A DNA stretch of 64,000 nucleotides from an uncultured Oscillospiraceae bacterium (GTDB lineage Bacteria; Bacillota; Clostridia; Oscillospirales; Oscillospiraceae), in assembly GCA_947631865.1 (NCBI GenBank), contig CANRNF010000003.1, positions 16,595-80,594 on the forward strand, given 5' to 3'. Below are positions 42,201 to 50,870 of the stretch, piece after piece. Each line of letters starts with the position of its first letter. Within the stretch, counting starts at the first letter, position 1. A program made the translations under genes and the position numbers. A model generated the notes under the pieces. The model ran no database searches and was not told the DNA's origin. It worked only from the letters and a program-made list of their open reading frames with translations.

Positions 42201-44399
42201 ATGGGATGGTTTGACGAACAAATAAGAGAACGCCGGCGCCAGGACCAGCAGGCATTCGAGGAGAGTTTCGCCTCCATCGCGGGGGCCGTGCTGGGCCGCC
42301 GGGTCATGCCCGGCGACGACAGCCAGCAGGCCAGAAGCGCCATGGAGGAGATCCTGCGCTACTACCACGCCAAACCCCGGGAGATGCCCGACACGGTGAA
42401 GGACTTCAACGAACAGCTGGAGTTCATGCTGCGGCCCTACGGCATCATGCGCCGGACGGTGACGCTGGAGAAGGGGTGGTACAAGGACGCCATCGGGGCC
42501 ATGCTGACCCGCCGGAAGGAGGACGGCGCCCTCACGGCCATGATCCCCACGGGCCTCACCGGCTACACCTACGCCGACCCGGCCACAGGCAAGCGGCAGC
42601 GGGTGAATGCCCGGACAGAGGAGCTTTTTGAAAGAGAGGCCATCGCCTTCTATAAGCCATTCCCCCAGGGGAAGATCGGCATCCCCGGCCTCATGCGGTA
42701 TATAGCCGCCTGCACCTCTTGGGCGGACCGGATCTTCTTCGCCCTGTCCGCGCTGGCGGTGTCTCTGGTGGGACTGCTGCTGCCCCGGCTCAATAACCTC
42801 CTGTTCTCCCGGGTCACGGACAGCGGGAGCGTGGTGGTTCTGGCGGCGCTCATCTCCTTCATGCTGCTGGTGACCGTGAGTTCCAGGATCCTGGAGGTAG
42901 TGAAGCAGCTGCTCACCACACGGATGAACACAAAGGTCTCCGTGTCGGTGGAGGCCGCGGGTATGATGCGGCTTTTCTCCCTGCCTGCCAACTTCTTTAA
43001 ACAGTACAGCACCGGCGAGATCGCCACCCGCTGCATGAATATCAAGCAGCTGGCCTCCTTGCTGGTGTCCTCGGTGGCCGCGGTGGGGCTGACCAGCCTG
43101 TTCTCCCTGCTGCAGATCACCCAGATCTTTGCTTATGCACCGGCGCTGGTGGTGCCGGCGCTGGCCATCGTGGCCGTGACGATGGTGTTCTCGGTGCTCA
43201 CGTCCATCCGCCAGAAGGGCATCACCCAGCAGATGATGGAGCAGAGCGCCAAGGAGACCGGCCTTACCTACGCCCTCGTCAGCGGCGTGCAGAAGGTGAA
43301 GCTCTCCGGCGCGGAGAAGCGGGCCTTCGCCAAGTGGAGCGAGCAGTACGCCAAGGTGGCGCGGCTGCAATATGACCCGCCCATGTTCTTGAAGGTGAAC
43401 AGCGTCATCAGTACGGCCATCACCCTCGTCGGCACACTGGTGATGTACGCTGTGGCGGTGGAGAGCGGCGTGTCCGTTTCGGAATACTACGCCTTCAACT
43501 CCTCCTACGCCATGATCAGCGGCGCTTTTATGTCCCTGGCCGGCATCGCCTCCATGGTGGGCCAGATCATCCCCATCCTCAATATGGCCAAGCCCATACT
43601 GGACACGGAGCCGGAGATCAGCTCCGACAAGCAGGTGGTGGAGCGCATCAGCGGCGGCATCGAACTCAATAACGTCTCCTTCCGCTACTCGGAGGATATG
43701 CCCAACGTGGTGGACGACATGAGCCTCAAGATCCGGCCGGGCCAGTACGTGGCCATCGTGGGCCGGACCGGCTGCGGCAAGAGCACGCTCATGCGGCTGC
43801 TGCTTGGTTTCGAGACGCCCCAGAAGGGCGCCATCTACTACGACGGCCGGGACATGGCCGGTCTGGACCTGAAGAGCCTGCGCCGGCGCATGGGTGTGGT
43901 GATGCAGGACGGGAAGCTCTTCCAGGGCGATATCTACTCCAACATCACTATCTCCGCGCCCTGGCTCACCATGGACGACGCCTGGGAGGCGGCGGAAATG
44001 GCGGGCATCGCCGAGGACATCCGGCGCATGCCCATGGGGATGCACACCCTGATCTCCGAGGGAAGCGGCGGCATCTCCGGCGGCCAGCGCCAGCGGCTGC
44101 TCATCGCCCGGGCCATCGCTCCCAAGCCCCGCATCCTCATGTTCGACGAGGCCACCTCGGCCCTGGACAATATCACCCAGCGGGTGGTGTCCGAGTCTTT
44201 GGATCAGCTGAAATGCACCCGTATCGTCATAGCCCACCGGCTCAGCACCATCCGCCACTGCGACCGGATCATCGTCCTGGAGGGCGGCCATATCGTGGAG
44301 GACGGCACATACGAGGAGCTCATCGCCAAACACGGCTTCTTCGCCGAGCTGGTGTCCCGGCAGCGCTTGGACACGGATACATCCTCGGACGGCAAATAA
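42201..44399 (+). CDS. Second bacteriocin-export ABC permease/ATPase lacking the peptidase domain (NHLP/NHLM-type partner)
   Basis: 732 aa with a non-peptidase N-terminal domain, a TMD, GRTGCGKST, ISGGQRQR and LMFDEATSALD. Confidence 0.85.
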   Translation: MGWFDEQIRERRRQDQQAFEESFASIAGAVLGRRVMPGDDSQQARSAMEEILRYYHAKPREMPDTVKDFNEQLEFMLRPYGIMRRTVTLEKGWYKDAIGAMLTRRKEDGALTAMIPTGLTGYTYADPATGKRQRVNARTEELFEREAIAFYKPFPQGKIGIPGLMRYIAACTSWADRIFFALSALAVSLVGLLLPRLNNLLFSRVTDSGSVVVLAALISFMLLVTVSSRILEVVKQLLTTRMNTKVSVSVEAAGMMRLFSLPANFFKQYSTGEIATRCMNIKQLASLLVSSVAAVGLTSLFSLLQITQIFAYAPALVVPALAIVAVTMVFSVLTSIRQKGITQQMMEQSAKETGLTYALVSGVQKVKLSGAEKRAFAKWSEQYAKVARLQYDPPMFLKVNSVISTAITLVGTLVMYAVAVESGVSVSEYYAFNSSYAMISGAFMSLAGIASMVGQIIPILNMAKPILDTEPEISSDKQVVERISGGIELNNVSFRYSEDMPNVVDDMSLKIRPGQYVAIVGRTGCGKSTLMRLLLGFETPQKGAIYYDGRDMAGLDLKSLRRRMGVVMQDGKLFQGDIYSNITISAPWLTMDDAWEAAEMAGIAEDIRRMPMGMHTLISEGSGGISGGQRQRLLIARAIAPKPRILMFDEATSALDNITQRVVSESLDQLKCTRIVIAHRLSTIRHCDRIIVLEGGHIVEDGTYEELIAKHGFFAELVSRQRLDTDTSSDGK

Positions 44400-44417
44400 A
44401 AAGTTTTCTCCGGCTGC

Positions 44418-44454
44418 CGGCCCTTTTGGCGGGGAGAAACGTATAAAGAGACAG
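44418..44454 (+). promoter_or_regulatory. Conserved bipartite promoter-like element P4
   Basis: CGGCCCTTT-N13-CGTATAAAGAGACAG, 38 nt upstream of the A19 ATG. Confidence 0.55.
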
Positions 44455-44477
44455 AACGGCAGACAGGAGGTATCCCC

Positions 44478-44708
44478 ATGAACGACAGCGGAAACAAAAG
44501 GATCGATGAAGAGCTGGCCGAGGAGACGCTGGACGCAGTGACGGGTGGTATCGGCATCAGCGTCACGCCGGAGGACGGCGTCGTGGGCATCGACTGTAAC
44601 TGCGGAACGATCATAAGTGTGCCGAAGGGCGCCACCAGCGTGCAATGCCCCGGGTGCGGCAGGAAATGGCGCATCAACGGCAAAGTGGTGACCCCGGCTA
44701 TCCTCTGA
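44478..44708 (+). CDS. A19: short-GG-leader precursor, class iii core (CxCG...CPxC)
   Basis: Leader MNDSGNKRIDEELAEETLDAVTGG; core has DCNCGT...QCPGCGRKW. Confidence 0.8.
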   Translation: MNDSGNKRIDEELAEETLDAVTGGIGISVTPEDGVVGIDCNCGTIISVPKGATSVQCPGCGRKWRINGKVVTPAIL

Positions 44709-44751
44709 CGGCTCTTGCCGGCGGATGACAGGCCCTGAAAGGAGAACAGCC

Positions 44752-44976
44752 ATGGAGAACAAAGGGAATAGGAAGAACGTTGACGAGCTGGCCGACGAGG
44801 CCCTGGACGCCGTGGCGGGGGGTCTCCCCGACATCGTCACCACCGCTGAAAATGGAGTGATCACCTGTACCTGCGGCACGGTCATAAACGTGAAGGGCGT
44901 CAGTGACGTGCGTTGCCCTCAGTGCAAGCAGCGTTGGCATCGATTTTTGGGACAGGCTGGCTGGGGCGTTTTTTAA
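44752..44976 (+). CDS. A20: short-GG-leader precursor, class iii core
   Basis: Leader MENKGNRKNVDELADEALDAVAGG; core has TCTCGT...RCPQCKQRW. The internal ATG 44752 follows GAAAGGAGAA. Confidence 0.8.
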   Translation: MENKGNRKNVDELADEALDAVAGGLPDIVTTAENGVITCTCGTVINVKGVSDVRCPQCKQRWHRFLGQAGWGVF

Positions 44977-45023
44977 AAGGAATGTGCATGTGGCGCTGAT
45001 AGCTGCAAAGGAGGAAAAGAGCC

Positions 45024-45242
45024 ATGAGCGAAGATAAGAAAATAAGCGAAGAAAAGGCCCTGCCCGACGAGACTCTGGAGGGCGTCGCGGGGGGCGCCGT
45101 GGCACCCTCGCTGCAGGCTGCCAAATGCTCTGTCTGCCACGAGATCGTGATGGTACAGGCTGCCTGTTTGCCGTCGTTTGGCAGGTGCCCTAAGTGTCAG
45201 AAGGAAGCGTACTTCAGCGAGATAGGCTATAACTTCAGCTGA
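45024..45242 (+). CDS. A21: GG-leader precursor, class iii-like core
   Basis: MSEDKKISEEKALPDETLEGVAGG|AVAPSLQAAKCSVCHE...GRCPKCQKE. Confidence 0.75.
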   Translation: MSEDKKISEEKALPDETLEGVAGGAVAPSLQAAKCSVCHEIVMVQAACLPSFGRCPKCQKEAYFSEIGYNFS

Positions 45243-45304
45243 CAGACGGATGACCCCGCCCGGGAAGGGCAAATCATATTTTAATAGTAAGTGACGGAAA
45301 GCAT

Positions 45305-46603
45305 ATGGAAACGACAAAATTGGCGCCGGTGAGTCTCGCCATGTTTTACGGGGCGAACCGGGACTTTGCAAACGCGTTCAGCGTCCGGGTGACGCTGAAA
45401 AACCCCATCGAGCCGGAGGCGCTGCGCCGGGCCGTGGACAAGGCCATGGAGCGGTACCCCTATTTTGCCGTGCGCCTGACGGCGCAGGGCGAGGCGCTGG
45501 TGCTGGAGGACAACCCCCTGCCGGTGACCATCGTGAAGGGACCGGAGCTGGCGAAGCTGAATACGGCGGCGTCCAACTACCACCTGGTGGGTGTGAGCTA
45601 CGAGCGCACCAGCGTCATCTTCGGGGCGTTCCACGCCCTGACGGACGGGGCCGGCGCCTTCCACTGGATCAAGACGACGCTCTATTATTACCTCTGCGAG
45701 ACCGAGGGACGGACCCTTGACCCGGCGGGCGTGCGCCTGGCGGGAGAAGAGATCCCCGAGGGGGAGATGGAGGACCCGTTCAATACGGAGATACCGGAGA
45801 CGGAGGAGCCCATGCTGCCCAAGTGGAGCGGCGCCTTCTCCATCACGGACCACACCCCCGTGAGCAGGCAGCGCTGCTGGCATATCCGCATCGGGGAGAC
45901 ATCCTTCATGAAGTACACCCGCACCCAGGACGGCAGCCCCGCCACCATCACCTCGGCCTTCATGGCCAAGGCGTTGCACACCCTGTACCCGGACATGACA
46001 GAGCCGGTGGTGTGCGGCATGGCCCACAACATCCGGGACGTGATCCGTAAGCCCCTGGCCCACCAGAGCATGGTCAAGCTCATAGAGCTCTCCTACCCGC
46101 CCCGGCTGAAGGGGTCGGACATCGAGCGGCTGGCTATCTGCAGCCGCGGCATGGTGATGCTCCAGAGCCAGCCGGAGACGGTGTGGGACACGGTAAAGAA
46201 GCAGCTTGCCCTGGAAAAGGAGCTGGAGGGGCTGACGCTGCAGGAGAAGTTCGACCTGCTGCGGCCCATCGTCACCGGCGCCCGGACAGGCATCGGCAAT
46301 CTGCCCGCCTCCGCCCCCGTGAGCTTCAAGGTCAGCTATGTTGGCCGGACGGACTGGGGCAGTATGGCCAATATGATCGAATCCGTGCACTGCTCCGTGA
46401 CCACGGACGGCAGCGGCATCTGCATCGAGATCAACACCTGCAACGGGTACTTCGACTACTGCTTCATGCAGGAGTTCGAGGACGACAAGTACGTGAACAC
46501 CTTCGTGGACCTGCTGGAGCAGGAGGGCATCTACTGCACGGTCAGCGGGCCCTACGACGTACATGTGCCCAAGATGCGCCTGCCGGACGATCCGGAGGAA
46601 TAA
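45305..46603 (+). CDS. Free-standing condensation/CAT-superfamily-like acyltransferase (HxxxDG)
   Basis: 432 aa. GAFHALTDGAGAFHW resembles the HHxxxDG active-site motif. Size and layout fit a stand-alone C-domain/PapA5-like enzyme. The assignment is tentative. Confidence 0.45.
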   Translation: METTKLAPVSLAMFYGANRDFANAFSVRVTLKNPIEPEALRRAVDKAMERYPYFAVRLTAQGEALVLEDNPLPVTIVKGPELAKLNTAASNYHLVGVSYERTSVIFGAFHALTDGAGAFHWIKTTLYYYLCETEGRTLDPAGVRLAGEEIPEGEMEDPFNTEIPETEEPMLPKWSGAFSITDHTPVSRQRCWHIRIGETSFMKYTRTQDGSPATITSAFMAKALHTLYPDMTEPVVCGMAHNIRDVIRKPLAHQSMVKLIELSYPPRLKGSDIERLAICSRGMVMLQSQPETVWDTVKKQLALEKELEGLTLQEKFDLLRPIVTGARTGIGNLPASAPVSFKVSYVGRTDWGSMANMIESVHCSVTTDGSGICIEINTCNGYFDYCFMQEFEDDKYVNTFVDLLEQEGIYCTVSGPYDVHVPKMRLPDDPEE

Positions 46604-46619
46604 ACGTTTTTTCGCCGGC

Positions 46620-46656
46620 CGGCCTTTTTGGCCGGCCGGAACGTATATAGGGGCAG
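46620..46656 (+). promoter_or_regulatory. Conserved bipartite promoter-like element P5 (variant) upstream of idi
   Basis: CGGCCTTTT-N13-CGTATATAGGGGCAG, 35 nt upstream of GTG 46677. The left half also forms a perfect palindrome CCGGCCGGCC-TTTTT-GGCCGGCCGG. Confidence 0.45.
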
Positions 46657-46676
46657 TAAGCGGAAGGAGGACGGCC

Positions 46677-47255
46677 GTGAGCGGTGAGCGGGACATCATC
46701 CTGGTGGACGAACAGGACCAGGTCGTGGGCTTTGGGGAGAAAATGGAGGTCCACCGGAAGGGGCTGCTGCACCGGGCGTTCTCCATCTTTATCTATGACC
46801 GGGAGAACGACCGGATGCTGCTGCAGCAGAGGGCCCCGGGAAAGTACCATTCCGGCGGCCTTTGGACCAACGCCTGCTGCTCCCATCCACGGAAGGGCAT
46901 GACCATGGAGGCGTGCCTGAACCGGCGTCTGGGGGAGGAGCTGGGCCTGCGGACGGACCTTCCCATCGCGGCGGCGGCCAGGGACGGGTTCCGCCCCTGC
47001 GGGAGGTTCCTCTATGAGATGCGCCAGGGCGATACCGGCGAGCACGAGATGGACCACGTGTTCCTGTACTGCCCTGCTGAGACGATCGATATCGACGCGC
47101 TGGACTTTGACCGGTCGGAGATCGGAGCGCTCAAATGGGCCGGCAGGGAGGAACTGCACGCCTGGCTGGAGGAGCGGCCGGAGGATTTCACCGCATGGTT
47201 CGCCCCGGCGCTGGCGCTGGCTGAGCGGGCCATAGAACAGGAAAAGGGCGCTTAG
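46677..47255 (+). CDS. idi: Isopentenyl-diphosphate delta-isomerase, type 1 (Nudix)
   Basis: HRAFSIFIY, GGLWTNACCSHP and GEHEMDHVF are present. GTG 46677 lies 6 nt after GGAAGGAGG. The track ORF extension overlaps the previous gene. Confidence 0.85.
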   Translation: MSGERDIILVDEQDQVVGFGEKMEVHRKGLLHRAFSIFIYDRENDRMLLQQRAPGKYHSGGLWTNACCSHPRKGMTMEACLNRRLGEELGLRTDLPIAAAARDGFRPCGRFLYEMRQGDTGEHEMDHVFLYCPAETIDIDALDFDRSEIGALKWAGREELHAWLEERPEDFTAWFAPALALAERAIEQEKGA

Positions 47256-47270
47256 TGCGCTGATGGAGCA

Positions 47271-47300
47271 AGAAGGCTCCCCCGGATGGGGGAGCCTTCT
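47271..47300. terminator. Bidirectional terminator hairpin
   Basis: AGAAGGCTCCCCC-GGAT-GGGGGAGCCTTCT between convergent genes. Confidence 0.75.
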
Positions 47301-47329
47301 CATATGTGTTTTTAAGGGCTTTGCCGGAC

Positions 47330-50300
47330 TCAAATGGTGAAGATGAGCCGGTTCACGCCGTCGGAATAGGCGTGCTCATAGCCCTGGATGGCTGCCTTCA
47401 CCAGCTTCACGGACAGCTCGTCGCCCTCCTGCATGGGGTCGAAGTCGGTGCCGTTCCAGGTGAAGCGCATCTCAAGCCTATCCTCTTTCTCGGAGTACTC
47501 CACCGAGACCGTGACGGGGAAGGAGGCACCCAGGCAGGGGATGATGCTCTGAGCCAGGATCTCCTCGTACACGCTCTGCATGCCCAGCACCCGCTTTCTG
47601 CCCAGCAGGTTCTTCTCGCCGAACTGGCGGATGCTCTCCGACTGGCCGATGAAGTCGTAATCCGGGGACTGGGCGGAGAGGGAGAGGGTCTTGAGCCGCT
47701 GGACGAAGACGCGGGTCCTGTCCTGCTTGGGGTGGTCGAAGATCTCCTCCGGGGAGCCCTCCTCGAAGATGACGCCCTGGTCCATGTAAAACACACGGGT
47801 GGACACGTCGTGGGCAAACTGCATCTCGTGGGTGACGATGAGCATGGTGAGGCCGTCCGCCGCCAGCTGCTTCATGACGCTCAGCACCTCGCCCACCATG
47901 GTGGGGTCAAGGGCGCTGGTGGGCTCGTCAAAGAGGACCACCTCCGGCTCCATGGCCAAGGTGCGGGCGATGGCTACGCGCTGACGCTGGCCGCCGGACA
48001 GCTCGTCGGGGTAGCGGTCGGCCTTCTCCGCCATGCCCACCAGGCGCAGCAGGCGCATGGCATTGGCCGCCGCGTCCTGCTCCGACACGCCCTTCACCAG
48101 CATGGGGCCCAGGATGATGTTCTCCATCACCGTGAGGTGGCCGAACAGGTTGAAGGACTGGAACACCATGCCCATCTTCCGGCGCACCGCGCTGAGCTGG
48201 GCAGGCTTGGCCGTGGTCATCTCCTGGCCGAAGGCCAGGATGCTGCCCTGAGTGGGTGCCTCCAGCCGGTTCAGACAGCGCAGGAGCGTGCTCTTGCCGG
48301 TGCCGGAGGGACCGATGATGGTGACCACGTCGCCCTTGTGGATCTCGGCGTTCACGTCTGTAAGCGGCGTTGCGTTGGGGAACGCCTTCATGAGGTGAGA
48401 GATGGTGATGACGGGATCGGAGCTGTCCGTACCCGTGAAACGGGCGGGCGCGGGGGCCGCGGCGGCGTTTGCCACATCATAGGTCTTCCTGGGCCTGCGC
48501 TTGGGGTCCAGCCGTCTTTCCAGCAGGCTCAGCACCGAGGTCAGCATCCAGGCCAGCAGGAAATAGATCACCGCCGTGGCGATCAGCGGGAAGAACGCCT
48601 CGAAAGTCCGGCTGCGGATCAGGTCCGTCACCCTCGTCAGGTCCTGTACCGCGATATAGCCGACGATGGAGGTCATCTTCACCAGGGAGATGAACTCGCC
48701 CCGGTAAACGGGAAGGATGTGCCGGGCTGCCTGAGGTGCGATGATCTTCGTGAAGGTCTTCACCCGGTCAAAGCCGATGGCCTCGGCCGCCTCCCACTGG
48801 CCTATGTCCACGGCTTCGATGCCCATGCGCATCATCTCGGACACGTAGGCCGCGAAGTTGATGGCGAAGGCAACGATGGCCACCGCCACGCCGCTGATGC
48901 TCACGCCGGCGAACACGATGTAGAACAGCACCATCAGCAGCACCAGCACAGGCACGCCCTGAATGACGCGCACCAGGCACGCCACGATGGCGGAGAGGAC
49001 GCGGTAGCGGCTCCGGCGCATCATGCACATCGCGAAGCCCAGCACCGTGCCGAACAGGGCGGAGAACAGGGAGATGATGGCCGTGACGCCCAGGCCGGAC
49101 AGGATCATCTCCCACCGGTTTTCCCGAATGAAGGTCTTTTCAAAGCTGCTGGAGAGCCGCTCGAAAAAGCCGCCGCCGGCAGCCTCGTCACCGCCCGCCA
49201 CCGCGACCACCACGCCGCCGATATAGTTGGGCTCAGTGAAGTTCATCTTCTCCGCCCGCTCCTCGGTGACGGTGATGCCGCCGGCGGCCAGGTCGTATTT
49301 GCCGGCCTCAAGACCGGCCAGCATGGCCGAAAAACCAACGATCTGGATATGCAGGCCATAGCCGTGTTCCCTGCAGAAGCGGGTCACGATGTCCACGTCA
49401 TAGCCCATCAGACGGTTGTTCTTCATATAGGATAATGGCTCCATGCCCGGCGCGCCGGCGTATTCTATCGTGCCGTTCGTGGCGGGCAGGTCCGCGGGAT
49501 CCTCCAACGTCTGCAGGGACTCGTCCGTACCGAACCAGATGTCCTCGATCTCGTCCAGGGTCCCGTCGGCGCGGATCTGGGCCAGGTACTCGTTCATCTC
49601 CTCCTGAAGCTTCTTACCCTTGTCCGTCTTGGGCATGGCGATGGCGTAGCTGTCCTCCCGGAGCCTATCGGGCAGGCAGGTGACACCGTCGACCTCCGCG
49701 CACAGCACACGGGCCACGGGCTCGTCGAGCAAAAAGCCGTCCAGCTTGTTCTGTCTGATCGCCTCCGCCATGTCGGAATAGTTTTCGTAGTACAGCTTCT
49801 GGGGGTCTTGGAAGGTGCTGTCTATGATCTCGTCAAAGGAGGAGCCTGTGGCGACGCCGATCCGCTTGCCGTTCAGCTGGTCCAGCTGTGTGATAGCGTC
49901 GGCGGCCGGGGCCGCGCCGCTGGCCCGGACCAGAATGGCCGTCTCCGAGGTATAGATGGGGTCAGAGAAGTCGATGATCTCCTGACGCTCCGGGGTGACG
50001 TTCAGGTTGGACATGATGCAGTCGATGACGCCGGTCTGGGCCGCGGCGATGACGCCGTCAAAATCGTAGAGGCTGAACTCGACCCCTGTCCCCAGCCAGG
50101 CCGCCAGGCGGGTGGCCAACTCGATGTCGAAGCCCCAGATCCGGTTGTCCTTGTAGTAGCTGAAGGGCTGCACGAACCCGGTGGTCCCCACCTTCAGCGT
50201 GACCTCCGGGTCCTCAGGCAGGGGGATGTCGGGCATGGTCTCGTCCGCCTTGTCTATCCACCGGCTCTTCATATCGTCCAGCGTCCCGTCTGCCTCAATG

Positions 50301-50728
50301 GAGTCCAGGAACGCGTTTATCTCCTCCAACAGATCGGGGATGTCCGTCTTGCGGGACACGCCGATGGCGATGTCTGTGATGTCCCCCATGGTCTCGTCCA
50401 GGACCGTGAGACCCGTCAAGCCGTTGGCCAGGGCATAGCGGAGCATGGTGGCGTCGAAGGCGAAGGCGTCCAGCTTCTTCTGCTGCACGGCCAGATAGGC
50501 GGTCGCGCTGTCAGAGTAGCGGTTGATGGTCACGTTGTGGAAGGTCTTGGTCGCGACTACATCGCCGGAAGAGCCCATGGCCACGCCTACGGTGCGCCCA
50601 GGCTGGTCCAGTTCCGCCAGCGTCGTGATGACATCGTCCTTCTCCCCGCAGCCCGCCATCAGGCAGACAAGCAGCATGACCGCCAGCGCCAGCGCAGCCG
50701 CCCGCGCCCATTTGGAATATCCCTTCAT
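47330..50728 (-). CDS. Single-polypeptide polar amino-acid ABC importer: lipoprotein signal + 2 substrate-binding domains + permease + ATPase + C-terminal RsbW-like domain
   Basis: 1132 aa with lipobox LMAGCG and two family-3 SBP domains. The permease has the EAAEAIG loop. The ATPase has [22 protein letters not shown] and [11 protein letters not shown]. The last ~125 aa align with the MATE-fusion C-terminal domain. Confidence 0.85.
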   Translation of the reverse strand: MKGYSKWARAAALALAVMLLVCLMAGCGEKDDVITTLAELDQPGRTVGVAMGSSGDVVATKTFHNVTINRYSDSATAYLAVQQKKLDAFAFDATMLRYALANGLTGLTVLDETMGDITDIAIGVSRKTDIPDLLEEINAFLDSIEADGTLDDMKSRWIDKADETMPDIPLPEDPEVTLKVGTTGFVQPFSYYKDNRIWGFDIELATRLAAWLGTGVEFSLYDFDGVIAAAQTGVIDCIMSNLNVTPERQEIIDFSDPIYTSETAILVRASGAAPAADAITQLDQLNGKRIGVATGSSFDEIIDSTFQDPQKLYYENYSDMAEAIRQNKLDGFLLDEPVARVLCAEVDGVTCLPDRLREDSYAIAMPKTDKGKKLQEEMNEYLAQIRADGTLDEIEDIWFGTDESLQTLEDPADLPATNGTIEYAGAPGMEPLSYMKNNRLMGYDVDIVTRFCREHGYGLHIQIVGFSAMLAGLEAGKYDLAAGGITVTEERAEKMNFTEPNYIGGVVVAVAGGDEAAGGGFFERLSSSFEKTFIRENRWEMILSGLGVTAIISLFSALFGTVLGFAMCMMRRSRYRVLSAIVACLVRVIQGVPVLVLLMVLFYIVFAGVSISGVAVAIVAFAINFAAYVSEMMRMGIEAVDIGQWEAAEAIGFDRVKTFTKIIAPQAARHILPVYRGEFISLVKMTSIVGYIAVQDLTRVTDLIRSRTFEAFFPLIATAVIYFLLAWMLTSVLSLLERRLDPKRRPRKTYDVANAAAAPAPARFTGTDSSDPVITISHLMKAFPNATPLTDVNAEIHKGDVVTIIGPSGTGKSTLLRCLNRLEAPTQGSILAFGQEMTTAKPAQLSAVRRKMGMVFQSFNLFGHLTVMENIILGPMLVKGVSEQDAAANAMRLLRLVGMAEKADRYPDELSGGQRQRVAIARTLAMEPEVVLFDEPTSALDPTMVGEVLSVMKQLAADGLTMLIVTHEMQFAHDVSTRVFYMDQGVIFEEGSPEEIFDHPKQDRTRVFVQRLKTLSLSAQSPDYDFIGQSESIRQFGEKNLLGRKRVLGMQSVYEEILAQSIIPCLGASFPVTVSVEYSEKEDRLEMRFTWNGTDFDPMQEGDELSVKLVKAAIQGYEHAYSDGVNRLIFTI

Positions 50729-50870
50729 ATTTGCCCTCCTTGTTTGCGGCCAGGAAAACGTCCCGGCTCAGGCTCTCGGCGTTCCCTGTCTGGCATGGTG
50801 TTGGAAGTTCCGAACAGAAAACACAAAAATTATAATATAATCATTTCAAATCTTCAATATGATCACGTGG

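Noticed and set aside
32855-44885. Series of long minus-strand ORFs (638, 787, 600, 609 and 908 aa) across the partner-switching and ABC genes
   Set aside because: Each lies opposite a plus-strand gene with clear Walker, PP2C, STAS or C39 motifs. Their composition is typical of antisense high-GC frames.
46611-46641. Reading the perfect palindrome CCGGCCGGCC-TTTTT-GGCCGGCCGG purely as a promoter half-site
   Set aside because: It is equally a plausible intrinsic terminator for the upstream gene, so the P5 promoter call is kept at low confidence. The other four copies are poorer hairpins but are conserved in sequence, which favours a protein-binding motif for those.
46563-46676. Extended N-terminus of the idi ORF (track start 46563) and the similar long starts at 30096, 63020, 51807, 17430 and 13407
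   Set aside because: The extensions overlap the upstream genes or promoter elements and lack an SD. Internal starts sit at canonical distance from strong SD sequences and coincide with signal peptides or family N-termini.
9116-47255. Lanthipeptide, sactipeptide/ranthipeptide (SCIFF-like), thiopeptide or other classical RiPP cluster
   Set aside because: I looked for LanB/LanC/LanM, radical-SAM CxxxCxxC/SPASM, YcaO and cyclodehydratase signatures in all six frames of the track and found none. The Cys spacing also differs from SCIFF. A maturase outside the window cannot be excluded.
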